From Lingula anatina (taxonomy: Eukaryota > Animalia > Brachiopoda), in NCBI GenBank assembly GCA_051362555.1, contig CM120642.1, forward strand, positions 25,854,001 through 25,918,000: a stretch of DNA of 64,000 nucleotides. Direction: 5' to 3'. A model generated the notes under the pieces. That model had not been told where the DNA came from, made no database searches, and saw only the letters and a list, made by a program, of their open reading frames with translations. Shown piece after piece: positions 1-42,378 of this stretch. Each line of letters opens with the position of its first letter. The first letter of the stretch is position 1. A program made the translations under genes and the position numbers.

Positions 1-1342
1 ATATTTATTTTGATAAGTTTTTATTACGAGAAAAGATATTATTGAACAAGTCACCTTTGTGACAAGAATTACCAGAATAATCATGGGTGACAACCACAAG
101 CTGGACAGATAGGTAGTCAAATGCCATGGGTTTAATTACTCTCTCAGAATAAGAGTCAAATTTTGGATACATAGAAGTGCAAAACAATGCCATTAACAAA
201 ATTTTTCTTTTCTTACAGAAGAAATAGGGTAAAGTTTTTTAATTATAACAAAGCATTTCTGTTTCTGACCTTTATATAACTGTGTTGTAAATTATGCCTG
301 TGACCAAAATGAACTGACTTTTGCAATGTAGACGCTGAATGATATTGATTATTATTCGAGGTAGAAATACTGCCCAACACAGTTACTTGTTGCAGACGTA
401 ATGAAATGAAAGACACACTAACACGCTAGCAGTTGATATGCTGAATATTTTCAGGTTTGGAAGCACAAGTTGTAGAATTGGATCTAGTGGGTGTTCTTCC
501 TAAGTTTGCACTTAACTACTTAGTAGAACTCTCTCCCTTCAGTGCCAAATACTGACCTATACCCACAGATTGCCCAAATTTGAAATTTACAGATATGAAA
601 ATTAATAAGAAACAAGTGTCAACTTAAAATGGCTGAGGTGCAAAGAACTTGAAGTGTTTCACTCAGAAGCATTTTATGTCAGCTTACAAGTTTACAACAG
701 CACTTCTGCAGTTCTTGATCTATTTTAATATATTGAAAATCAAAAATGCAGAATGAATGCTACTGATGCATTATGAAACAAGAGTAACATAGCTTTCAAT
801 TTTTCACTGTGCCAGAGGAAACATGTCCAATATACCACTGCATACTATGCATAATCAAAATTTATTTAATATTTAAACAAACATGGGCCACAAGATTGCT
901 TTTTTTTACACAAGCTTTTGGCAGTTCTGGTGAACATGAGGAGTTAGTGAAAGGAACCTGGGTTCGATTCTCATAAAACAAATTCCAAAGAAAGTGACTT
1001 AATATTGCCCCCTTAAAAAAAAGTAAAGGTTGCAGATGAAAAGATTCTATCTTTAGTTATTTTTTAAGGATTACGTACCTCTTTAAGGATTTTGCTTGCA
1101 TCTTCTTTTAGACTATGTAATCTCATTTAAAAGGCTCTGCCTCCATCTCTCACTCAGTTGAAGGCCACCATACATACTGAATGCAGACTACTTGTCCTTA
1201 TTTGCTTTTTCTTTAATTCCATGAACAATAGAGGCTGATATCATTTTTAATAAAAGTTCAATGCAATTTCCAGTATGCCCTTCTCTGATTTTTTTTTTTA
1301 ATATGCTATTTCTATTTGATAAAAAAAGGAAAAATTCCAATG

Positions 1343-29501
<28,159 letters not shown>

Positions 29502-30045
29502 CTTGTCAATGTGAATTAGACCTTATTGTTGATATTTCAACAGTAGTTTTGTCTAAGACAGTGCCACTGCAGGCGACTGTTATTTTTCAATGATCAGCAG
29601 GTGTGGTCGGCAATCTTACTTTTCCCGCTCGCTGATCTCAAAATATATTCAACTGTACAAAATAATTTTACAGTCTCGAGGGTCACAATATGTGTCTTCC
29701 ACAAAATCATACCCAAACACAAGAAAAGTTCAAATTTGTGTAAACGTCCGCTTCGAACTTCCAGTATTCCGCCATGTTTGATTTTACACCCAAAATAATC
29801 TAGCCAATCAGAAAAGTTTTAACATATCCTCAACTTCCTGTCACATGCAGAAAGAAATATGCTGTTTGTTCTTTTCTTTTGGATCAATTAAAGTAAAAGA
29901 TTGCTGTAAGCAAAGCACTAAGCAATTTGAACCCAATTAATGCGCCTGCTTGCTATGATACTGACATAAAAAATAAATTTTAAGCAAAGTTCTCGGTGTT
30001 TTAATTTCAGAAGCCAATCAAAACCTTTGTAACAATTTCTCCATC
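29502..30045. promoter_or_regulatory. Bidirectional promoter shared by the formin and TDRD3
   Basis: 544 bp between divergent ATGs; locally CpG-rich. CCAAT boxes AGCCAATCA (29802, 30012), YY1-like CCGCCATGTT (29769), ETS ACTTCCTG (29833), E-box GTCACATG (29840), E2F-like TTTCCCGC (29621). Confidence 0.8.
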
Positions 30046-33000
30046 ATGGCGGATGCTGAGTTGAAGAAGCGTGGTTGGTGGGTATCAAAATGCCATTGAA
30101 TTAATTGATCGTATGCATTATTTTCTGATAAAATTTAGTAGCAGTTTAGGTTTGCTATAGAGATTGTATCTGGAAAGAATTGAGATACACAATGTAATTT
30201 TCATGGAGAATTCACACTTAAGTAGCGGTGTGACTGTCACAGATCCCCGTCACCGTTGGCATGTCATTATTCTTCTTTCACATTTCCTACTTTGAGTTTG
30301 ACTAATATTATAAACCCCACATCAATCCTCTATGCCCTAACTGCAATACACTGAGCCTGTTTGTTAGAAATATGACGAAGATAAATGAAAAAGCCCACTT
30401 GACTCGCTAAAATTTTAATGCGAATTAGTCTGTCAACTTGTCATTTGGGTCAGCTGATTATGTTCCCAAATCTAGATCAAGGTTGTTTAGAAGCAACAGT
30501 CTCTGCGTCATGCATTTATATAATTTCATCATTCTGATGATTTGTGGTTTATTAGCCTCTCAATGAAATGGATAAACACAAGCAAATGCTTTTCTCAACA
30601 GTTTCCACCTTGGGTAAATATATAATTTAGTTAAATGCAGCTTGCCATGTCCAACATTTGTCACTTGATGCTGGGCACAAAGGTGCCTATGAGTCAACTT
30701 TGCCTTTGAATCAAATGTTTAGCATATGCAGAGTTGCATCTCTTCCACCTTTCTCTTTTGCGCTCCTTACAGCCCATTCAGCGAATGTTTAAATCCTTGC
30801 ATGGCACTAATATTAGTGTCTGTCAAATTGTAGTAATTGAAACGTAGCTTGTATTTGAATTGTAGTTCACTCATGAATGACAAGGAAAGCATGCTTGTCT
30901 TCAGTCTTGACATGTGTACATATATAGTAGAGGATATATGCATTCGTTCCTTTTCTTAAAAAATGCAACTACTTGAAAATAACTGTGTTGAATCTTTGTA
31001 GGTATTTGTCACCAGAAGGTATAGAGGAATGCACAGAGGATGGGAGGAGTGGTGCTGATGATATCATCAAAATTGCAATGGATGTAAGTAGTTTAATGGT
31101 ATAGGACTGTGTATACCATGGCTTATATCTTACGCTGTTTCAAAAAGACTTAATCTTCTCAAAAGTGAAGCAGAGTTGAACAATAAATGATTATTCTCAT
31201 TTTTTATTGCTTTGTTATACAGTAAGAATTGCAGATAATATGTTGAAATTTTTTGAAATTATGTGAAAGCAAAAGTATATTTATAATTTACAATTGTTTT
31301 GTTGTATAATTTGTTACTTTATTGATTAATGTCAATGACCTCTAAGATAACATCAATAGTTGCAACAATGCCAGTATTCAACACTGTTGTCTAATTGATA
31401 ATTTGTTTCCTTTTTTTTCTGATTGCTCAGAAAATAAGTGAAAATAACATTGGTCAATATTATGTTTGTAATCTATGTCATATATTATTTAGACCTCAAA
31501 TCCACAAATATAAGATTATAAACTTTGCTGATTATTCAATGTACTGATTTATTTGCCACATAAGAAAGATGTAAATAAGTTTGTTATTTATTTATTTATT
31601 TACATAATGCTTGTTTTAACCTATTTTGTAATAGTTTAGCATCTCATAGAAAATAATGCTAGCTTTTATCTTATTGCAGACTGATATGAAACAGATTGGC
31701 CAGAAAGTTATTCCTGAAGAAATCAATAGAGGAAAACTACAGTCGGTGTGTAGAGAATAAGATTAAACCAAAATCTATTTATTTCACATAGTAGTTTCAT
31801 TGTGTTTTTATGCAAAATTCATGTTACTATTGTTGTGTCAAATAAGCCTTATGTAAGTTTATGCTGGTAAGCGAGCAACGTGTTTATACGGTTGTTAATT
31901 AGTATGAAAACCAGACTTCTCAGTTAATGTAGAGAACTATTGAACAGCAGAATTATTTAAAGTTATTTAACCATTCTATAGAATGTTGCGTTTTTTTTTT
32001 TATGGGGGGGAGCCCTGTCACCAATTTCTTACTTGCAACATCTTGACACCCTCCACCTTGGCCACTCCATCTCATTGCCACCCCTTCTCAGTGCAACTTG
32101 CTCATTACCTGGAATTAAGGGCGTTACACAATGAATCGTGGATAATTGAAACATTTGGCACTGATTATAAGCATGTGATAGTGATGTGGGATGGAATAGG
32201 ATTTTTAGCCTACTGTTAAACAGTAGCTGTATTCAAATGGATTTTTTATGTTAAAAGTATTTAAACAGGAAGCTTCTACTTAATTCTAAACCTACAGGTG
32301 TATATCATTACAAAATAAGAACATTGCTGGAGCTATACAGGTACATAGACAAGAATTGTCAATCCACACAGCCATCAGCATAACACATGTTCGAAATATT
32401 GCTGATGTTTGAAGCAGTAGCCACATTTTGATGTACTTGGGTGTACATGTGTAACATGTACACATACTTGTTGCCTATTTTGAAATATGATATATCTTGT
32501 TTGGTAATGGAATAAAATGATCAGTCATTGATGTATATTATGACATTTTTGTTACCATAAACAAAACTGCAGAGTGGTCCAGTGATAATAGAAAGTAGGC
32601 AAGAACTAAATAGCAGGTACAGTGCCAACAGAGCCCATTTTTGTTTAGGAACCTATTCAAATGTTACTACTCTGAGGAAAATTATCCTTGCTCTCTGACA
32701 ATGGAAAAAATGGATGTTTGTCCTGGTTACTTGAAATAGTTGTGGTCTCCTTAACTCAAGTGTTTGACAGTTGTGTGGTATGTGTTTTATATTCATTTTT
32801 TTTTCATTTCAGTGGGATGGTCCAATTGTGTTACAAGTCCATAAAATAAGAAACGTTACTGCTCCTAAAGACAACGAAGAATCAAACGTAGCACCCCGTA
32901 TGCTGAAGATCACATTCACAGATGGCTGTGCCATGTGCAATGGACTTGAAGTGGAAACTCTTAAAGATATAAGGTTTGTCATAGATATGACCAGTAGTGC

Positions 33001-36000
33001 CCCCTGATGGTGATGCAGTACATATATTGTAGGTTCATGTTGCCATTTTGAAGTGTTTCATGTTTAAATTACAAAATTTAGTAAAAAAAAAAAATACATC
33101 AGCTCCAAAGGTTATGCAGAGCATTATGTTTGTTTCTAGGTCATGTCAACCTTTCTTTTTAAATTATGTGCATCAAAGACCACTAATTTATTAAAAGATA
33201 ATTCTTACATCACACAACAACTTGTTGCCTTATCTATAATTGTCTTTAGTTCACAGTAATATACAGCAGAAGAATATGAAAGATGTTCTTATTTTAGCCT
33301 TAATACTCCTCCTGGAACCAAAGTAAAACTGACTGGCAAGCTGACCATTAATAGTGGCTTTCTGCAGCTGACAAACAGTAATATTAAGTGCCTGGGGGGA
33401 CGCGTGGAGAGGCTGGTAGAAAACTGGGAACTTAAAAAAGTAAGATCATCACAATAAAAAATTGGGAACTTAGAAAGGTAGTGAATCTCTCTTAGGGACT
33501 TATGTTTGAATTTTTTATAATTGAAGAAATTGGCTTTGGAAAAGGTTGATGTTTTTTTTTTTTCTTTTTTGTCATTTTTTCAATCATTTTACTTCAAATT
33601 GTTCTTGTTTTCAGTCTCTTGCAGTCCAATCTCGCAGGAGAGGAGGGGGAGAGGATGGACCACCTGCTTTCGTGCCCTTTGGTCACAAATTACATGACAC
33701 AACACAGAATGGACCTAGATCAAGAGGTTTGTTGGGAACTATGACGAAAGGGAATGGAGTTGTTTTGATAGAATATTCTTATGAAGAATAATGGAAATTA
33801 TATGTGTTAAGTTGTTCAGTAGCTTGAAGCAGGATCTATACAGACTCCTATAATAACCAAGTCAGATTTTCAATAAAGTAAGTGTTATTGCTTTCCAGAA
33901 ACATTTAAGTCTTTAGAATCCAGTAAAGAAGAAAAGAAGGAAGGGGATGGAGAGTTTGAACAGCAGCGACAAGCAGCTTTGGCAGAAGCCATTCAGGCTA
34001 AAGAAGATGGAAAGGGGAAAACATTTGGAGGGAAACAGGTGAGTTTGGTGACATTTGTTTGCATTATGGGATCATTTAAATCGTTTCTTGTTTTAACTGA
34101 GAGAAAGGGATAGAGATGCAACATAGTAAAGTTTTCAGAATAAGTCTTCGTAAGAACAAAAACTTGAGATTAAATCAACCTATTTTCATTAGTTAAATTT
34201 AATTTTGAAAAAAATAAATAAATAAAAAGAAGGATCTCTCTGTCGCCAAGATTACAATTGGACTAATTTCCTTTTCTGTCATTTAAATGCAACTACACGT
34301 ACCTGGTGTTACTTTGTCCGATTCAGATTCAAGACAAAGACATTGCAAAGATTGTAGAAATGGGCTTCACGCCAGACCAGGCTACCAATGCCCTGCGCCA
34401 GACAAACAGTAACCTAGAAGAAGCTATAGCCTCCCTAGTCATCAGCCCTGGCTCTGGCTACAGAGGGGGTGGTAGAGGGGGCAGGGGAGGGTTTGGCAGA
34501 GGGGGGCGAGAGGACAGAGGAGGTGGGTTGTTATGGCAGTGATTAGTTTGTACATTGTATATCCACATTTCGATGACATTTGTTTCGTATGCCTTAGACT
34601 ATGATATGTGGTTTATAATCTATCACACTCAGGTTGAATCAGTAAGTAATAACAAACATCATTTTAGTGGCTCATTGCATCATATTTGATAAACAATTAT
34701 TATTTGCATAAAGTTTTGATGTGTAAAATATAGATATCTAGGGAGGAAAACTGGAATGAGTTCTCATTAGTGCTCTTTTATACGTATTTGGGATAGCTAC
34801 AAAAAGTTATTGATCTGACAATGACTTGATTCTTTAGTTGGACGGGGCCGAGGCCGTGGTAAAGAAGAGGAGTTTGAGCAAGGATCTTCCCGTCCATCTG
34901 CACCTGCCACGCTATTTGACTTTATTCTAAACAAAGCTGGGCCAATAAAAGAAGGTGAGATATGCCCACAGTGTTTTCTGGATTGCTTGCCCAGACCTCA
35001 TTTTTTCTTTGAATTCAAGAGTGAGGAACGAATATTTTGATTTTACCAGATTTCTGGAAAGGAAACTTGGTGCAATGAATTCTTAATTTTCATTTTTTAT
35101 AAGTCTGTGAATGGGTAAATGACTCTTCTGAATGTAGTCATCAGCTTGTGATGTAGGCCAGATAAATAATTTAGAAGATTTGATTAAAATGTGTTCGAAA
35201 TAATATTCCAGATGCTAAAGAGAAAGACGACAAGCCCACAAAGGAAGGAGGAGGGGACAACCAGGCCAGTAACAAACCTCCCCCGCCCACTGCTGCCCAG
35301 AAGCAGGACAGAATAAAAAACTTACCTCCCAGGTTACAGAATAAATTGCTGAATGAGCAGAAAGCTGCTGATCCCCGTGTGGGCCAGTACAGCGGCCCCA
35401 CACCCAGGGAGAGTTACCAGGCCTCCACCAGTTATAAGGGGCAAGCCGCCCAGCGAGGAGGGGGCGGAGGGGAAAGGCCGTCACAACGATCTCAGAATCA
35501 GGACTCCCGAAGGTTGAAAAATGACTACCAGAATGGGTCCTACCATAACGAGTGGAATCAAAACAGAAAAGACTATGGTTATCAAAATTATGATGGCTAT
35601 CATCATAACGAGTCAGCTGGAAACTGGAATGCCAATCAGCAAAATGGTGGTTATTATAATAGTAATAGGAGAAATGATCATTATTACCAAGGAGGGCGTG
35701 GGCGAGGTGGGGGAAGAGGATATGGTGGGGATTACGGTCGAGGGGGTGATGATTACCGAGGCGGGAGGCATGGGTCTGGGAGCTCCAGGGGCCCTGTGAA
35801 ACAAAAACAGTTATATGATCCCAAAACGGATCAGTATGTGCCTCCTGAGCACCAGCAGGCTCCACCCAATCAATATCAGCAGCAAGACCCCAACAAGCTG
35901 CATGGAGGCTCTCAGTACCGCAACCGGGGTGGTGGTGGCCCCCAGGGACATCAACAAGGCCAGATGCAATATATGGAAAACTACCAACAAGACGGAGGCG

Positions 36001-37724
36001 CGGGAAACCGGTCACAAAAAGGGAATCGGAAAAACAGACAGCAACAGCAGCAGCAACAAGATCAGTATCTCCTTCAACAGCAACTTGTACAACAGGACGG
36101 ACAGCATCAACAGCATCAGCATGAACAACAACAACAGCAACCCCAGCAGCAACAAATGCAGGCTCAAACTCCACAGTCATATGGCCAGCAGACGTTCATC
36201 CCTGGACCAGCAATCTATCAGACACAAAATGGGCAGACGTTCCAGACGTTTGCGGCAACCCAGCAGCCATATTATCATCCTGCTCAGACCCAGCAGGGCC
36301 AGATGGCAGCAGCAGCATTCCAGGTGGCCCAGGTCAACCAGCAGGGACAGATCGTGTTCCCTGCACAACAACCACAACAGCCACAGGTAACATGAAAATT
36401 ATCACTCTGCCAAGGAAAGAAATCTGGTTTTTATGTGTTGGTGGTCTATTTGTTAGTGGACCAAAAAACTTAAAATTAATGTACTCGTAAATTTTGAAGA
36501 AAATTTCAGCATGCTATTAATTGGGAGGGAAATGAGTAGTTATGATTTCAACTTAATCCATGTCTCTTTCTACTTCAAAAAAGGATTTTTGTTTCTGTTA
36601 CCCTTGTAGTAATTGCGCAGCAATTTGTTTAGATATGCTTACATGCTAATGAAATATCATGCTGCTTAAGTTTCAAAGTATTTGCAATTTTTTTCATTCA
36701 ATTGTAGATGAACTCTGCAGAAGCACAGCAGTGGAATGAAGGTGATGTTTGCATAGCCAAATTTTGGGAAGACCAACAGGTGAGATGAACTAGAAATTAA
36801 AATCAGTAATGTGTATACTTTTATACACAACATACATATGGCATTTCTGCACTTCTAAGTAAATGAAATTAATTGTTATATCTTTAAATGATGCTGTATG
36901 AGCAGCTCAGATTATGAATCGCAGCTCAAACAAATTATTTCACTGCATCTAGCTGTAATTTTTTTAATGAAGATCTGTGACAGTATCCTTTTTTTTTTTA
37001 TGTAAATGACCTCTCATACAAGTCTATTAAAACTGGTTTCACCCAGTTGTGGATTGTTGTCTTCTGTCCTGCTGTCAAATCATTGCCATAGAAATGGGGA
37101 TAGATATGTTTTAGGGCTTCATATTACAAGTTGCATCTATTATTCCATCATACAGTATTCCATCTTGTTATTTATTTCAGTGGTACAAAGCTGTTGTAAT
37201 AGGCGTGAATCTACAGAGTCAGATCAGTCGAGTCACATTTGTGGACTATGGAAACAATGAAGATGTGCCATTTTCAGATATGTTTCAGATTCCAAAAGAT
37301 GTGTGGGTAAGTAGATACAGAAATACATGGATTTTTTTTTCCCTTTATGTGTTAGCTGGATATAGTAAGAGATGTAGGTTTCCCCCCCATGGAAGTAAAG
37401 GAATTGATGGAGATTTCCACTCCTTAAACCTTGTCTGTTTCAGTACCTGACATGCTGAATTTATTATTGGAATATTTCACAGTTTTGAAGGATGTCAGTT
37501 TCGTGGATAAGCTATTTCTTTAGTAGTAATAATGTCCAATGTTGGTGATTACATGGATTTAGTTTTTTCATGTTTGATGAATCTTATGAAAATTATATAG
37601 TCTTCTTCAAATCATATGAGTTAATGTAGTTTACATGGATTGTCGCTCATTGTATTTTCTGTTTTGCATATAAGTTAATAGATTTATATTTATATTTGGA
37701 AAATGAGACCATCAAGGTGTTGGT

Positions 37725-37821
<97 letters not shown>

Positions 37822-38198
37822 GTGATCTTTTTACACTTATCATGAAGTTTTATTGGTATTTGCTGCAGGATTCCACAGGGCCAGGGCCGGTGCAAATCCA
37901 AATAGCCTTTCCTACTCAGCAGACGTATGCCACAGCCCCTCCCCAGGCTGCCGGTGTCCAAGGACTGCTCCCTGCTCCCCAAGGCTTTACTGCAGAGCAG
38001 CTGATTCAGGGAGGGTTTGTTAATACGATGGAGTTCAGGCGCGGAGGAGGCGGAACCATGTACACACAGCAACAACAACAACAACAGCAACAGCAACAAC
38101 AAACACAAGAAATGCAGCATTCTCGACAAGATAGGTCACGGCAACAATCACAGCGGCCACAGCAACAGATGTACCAACCCCCACATGCCAGGACTTGA
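30046..38198 (+). CDS. TDRD3: Tudor domain-containing protein 3 (DUF1767/OB-fold, UBA, RGG, Tudor, C-terminal EJC-binding motif), about 916 aa
   Basis: Exons 30046-30077, 31002-31083, 31680-31745, 32813-32973, 33298-33439, 33615-33726, 33899-34038, 34327-34522, 34838-34954, 35212-36386, 36708-36779, 37181-37306, 37869-38198 (2751 nt, GT-AG, phases consistent). Motifs: GWYLSPEGIE, KIRNVTAPKDNEES..APRML, SLNTPPGTKVKL, GPPAFVPFG, EMGF (UBA), RPSAPATLFDF, AKFWEDQQWY..FVDYGN (Tudor cage), MEFRRGG..RPQQQMYQPP. Confidence 0.95.
37728..37817. repeat. (TA)n microsatellite, about 90 bp
   Basis: Perfect run about 50 nt upstream of the last TDRD3 acceptor. Confidence 0.97.
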
Positions 38199-41100
38199 GC
38201 CTTATTGTATTTAACTATTCCTATCTGCTTGGATTAATATTATGTTAGTTGTTTTTTCAAAAGTTTTCTCTTCCTAAAGAAATACAAGTCTTTATAATCA
38301 GGATTTTCAAATGAAAAGTTGGTAGTTTGTCTGTAAGCTGATATACTTATTATATCAATATAAAGATGTTTTACTTCTGTCTTTAAGAAAAAATATAAAT
38401 CCTTTATTCTTTTTCAGTTATACTACGAAATTAAACATACTTGATAGTTCAGAGTTGATATTTGCCCCACTTTTCCTGGATATATCAGGAAGTAAATCAG
38501 ATGTAATTAAAAGATAGGTTTAGATTTAGATATTGTGACCCAACTAACTTTTCCGTACATGCAATTATCAGGCTATCCCATAGAAAAATTGATGCTTGTT
38601 TTGAGAAATACTGAAAAGAATGGCAGAGTTTTGATAGAATGGCAGGTGTAGACTCAACAGGATATGCTGTCACAATTAGAACATCCATGATATTTTGAGG
38701 CATTGAGCAGTTTCGAGGCACGTGCGATAATGCAAAAACCGTAAATCTTACCATTGAGAGAGAAAGTTAAGTAGGACTTGAAGTATCTAACACAAATAAA
38801 GAGCTGATCTTTATTTAATGTACTCTGATAATCTTGCCTGGGTTTTTAATTATTATTATTATTTTTTCAAAAAGCATTTCTCTTTACATAAATAGTATAT
38901 TAATAGTTGATGGCCCAAAATATTTTCTAACAAATACTGATCCTACCTCGTTGACATAACTTCTTTTTCATCTATTATGGTAACTTGCATATAGGTGACT
39001 TGAATGTTAACTATTGGCTTTGGATGTTGTAATGTGGCTTCAAGAATACCTGTCCCACTCATGAATTCAAATTGATTTTTTTGTGTGTGTTTTTAATCAT
39101 AGAAAAATTAGATTTTCAAATTGACTAATGCCCCCTTCCCCCAAGCTGAAGAAGGGGATAAACTTAACTTGGATTTTCTTTTTTTATGTCTGTTGTCACT
39201 CTTATTCAGTCAATCTGTATTATTTCAAATCAATTTAAATTACTTGTAGTTGTGTCCTTTGGTGTTATTAACTTGAATTTTATTTTTTTTATTTGTGAAT
39301 TTAAAATACTTATTAGTACTTTTTCTGAGGTCATTTATGTTAACTTGGAAAAAATCGGAACTTGATGAGTCAGAATAAGTTGAAAATATGTACTCTGGAT
39401 CAGACTAAGCATAATTACTTGTTTGTTTGTGTTTCAATCAAGGCATTGCGCCATAGAAACTTAATCTTTTAAATAAAGATGTATCATGAGTAGTTTTTTT
39501 TTTTCAAGTATACCAAGTTCTTAATATGAAGAAAAAGAAATTTTGAAAGTGGAATTCTTTCCCTTATTTACCTGACATTTTGTGTTTGTGTTTTTTAGCT
39601 TAAAAAGGTTTTATTTCTTTGCATGTTTCATTTAATTAACTAATTTTTTGTTGTCACATCTAGTTATTCAAGATTTTTCAAGAGTTCTGCATAAGACTTC
39701 AAATCTTTATTCAGTTTTTGGCTTAATTATTTCATATTGTACTTAATGTTATTATTGATATTGATAAGTAAGATTACAAATATTTCAGTTACACATGGTT
39801 ATGTTATTCTACTATACTAATATACAGGATTATAATTTTTCCATTTGAATTTAAGATCCTAGGCCTAGGTTGGTTGTAAATTAGAATAATTTGATATATC
39901 AACTCAATACATTATAATTATTTAGTGACAGTGATGTATTCATCTGAAGAATAGTTTAATATTTATTGGAAAATCCAAACAGTAGCTGAAATTCTAAGCT
40001 GGATATATTCTAAGTTGGAAATTATTTATTATTTCTTAATTAATTAATTATTTTTAATTTATTTATTGCAGTTGGAAGTTTATTGATAAATAATTATTCA
40101 GCTGTTATGAATGAGTTTTAATTAATCTTTTTGTGGAGAAGTATAATATAAGCAATAAACATTGTAAAGTTTAGAAATGTGCTGTAAAGGAAAACCAATT
40201 ATTATAAATAATGGTGATAATAATTATTATTATAACAAGTATGTTTTGTAAATTGTAATTAATGTACAGTTATGTATGTAGCATGCTTTTCACTTTGCTT
40301 TATTTTTGCTATACAGCTTATATGATGGGAGTAATTATTTTTTACTGAAAGGTATAAAGTGTACGGATCCTGCTGGATGTAGTGGTAGTTAAAACATTTA
40401 TGGTTGTTGTTTGACTTGCTTTGTTGGAATGCCATATTTAAGTTCCTTTACACTTTTTATTCACTTCAGAGTTCGGCTGAAGCTTTGACTTGTCTTGCTG
40501 TGGTTCAATCACAAAATAAAAGTTCATTTATACATGGGCTTTACCACATTTATGTTAAGTGACAGTCGTCATTTGAGTAGTTGAATTCTGAAAAGGAATT
40601 GGGGATTGAATATTACTTGTCTTGTGGTTTATCAGCTTATCAGGGCGGTTGTGTAGGTTTAGATTTTGACACAGGCCGCAGTTATAAGTCTATGTTAAAG
40701 CTTTAAATTAAGATTGAAGTTTTTTTTTTCTCTTGATCCCAGTGATTTCTGTAAAAATGGCACAAATTTGCGCTGTATATCAAATGACATACTGCATGGT
40801 GTGTTGGTTACCAACAGTGACTAATAAAATTGTTAAGAAATTTAGGTTTTCTCATGGGTTCTTTTTGAAATCTAGTTTTACTAGACAAATGAGAAATGCA
40901 ATGCGGCTAACATTTTTTTAGTGAAAGAAAAGCCTAGAAATTAAGGGTTGGGGATGACGTGTGATCACCTCCTAGTTTCATAGGAATGCTGATTTAAGAA
41001 ATGTTTCAGTGCTCTGTAAAGCTAAAGTTGCATTTGATTCATATTTCATAATTTATCAAAGCGGACTGTGTTGAAAAGCCAATAGTACATCAAAATTTTT

Positions 41101-42337
41101 GCATTTTTTGGGGGAAAAGAACACTTATCTATTTAACTAATGCTATACTTCTTGAAGGACAACTTTCCTATTAAATAAGTTGCATAAACTGTTAAAATTA
41201 AACGATATAAACACCAAAAGACAACTGATACAAAAATTTATTTTCACTATGTTTTACAAAAACATTTGTACAATGTATGTGCTAGGGCAAAAATATATTC
41301 GGCTAAACTATCATTTCCACATTTCATGAACTCTTTGGTGTTCAACATAATGGTGTACTTGAACTATGACTTAGCATATTGAACAGCTTAGAACTAAATA
41401 TTACATATTTCACTAAAAATGGTCATAAAACCCCTAATTTGTAATATGCAATACAATTTGTTTTGGAAAAATAACTTGTGCATCTTAAACTATGCAACTG
41501 AAATCACACTGGTACCACTAGGTAATACAAAACGTAATTTGGCTTGTAATAAAATTATATGTTATAAATCATTGCAGCTTACATTTTTATATTCTGTGCA
41601 ATCAAAATTTGATATGGTTGTTTATTGGTTACAAGGATTATAATGAAATAATTGTAATTAAAACAAACCTGTCTTACAAAATTTACCTTAAATTTAATAA
41701 TAGGCTTTAAATCCACTGAATAATGTAGATCAGCAACTGATTGAGATAATCAAAACATTAACATTATGGCAATATCAAACCAAATTTTGAATCTTTTTAG
41801 AACAGAGTAACATCATATATTTTTCCTTAACTATAAACTACGTTACTTATTAATGCCACTGTGATTCCACAGCTTGATTTGGCAGAGAACTAACAAACTA
41901 TGCATTTTTCTCAACTTAGCACATCTACACACACTTGACCATTTATTGTGTAAAACTCTTCTTCACCACTTGTGACACAAATAAAAACTACTACTTTCAG
42001 ATGCACTATTCCTAAACACCGGTTACCAGTACCTACACTTGAATTGCACCCCGATTCTGTTTGGCGCCATTATGCTCTCTGAGCACTTGCACACAGCGGC
42101 CAAACAACTCTGAACTGAAACCATAACATTAGGTATTTTAATGACTGCTAGTCATGCAACTTACTTTGTCACAGTCAGATTATCTACTCCAAAGTCTTTA
42201 ATGGGCAAATGTGTAATGAACTATACATTTTATAACAAAAGTGTATTGTATATTCAAAAGCAAATTTTAATGTTTGTTGTAATACACTTGAAATAGAAAA
42301 TGCAGATGAACAGAGTTCACTGAAAGAAAAATGTTTG

Positions 42338-42378
<41 letters not shown>

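Noticed and set aside
35215-36390. Long antisense (321 aa) and alternate-frame (191 aa) ORFs over TDRD3 exon 10
   Set aside because: Expected by-products of a GC-rich, CAG/CAA-rich low-complexity exon.
39128-39280. Possible HINE 5' end (CCCCTTC...GAAGGGG hairpin) in the TDRD3 3' region
   Set aside because: No matching 3' subTIR or hairpin found.
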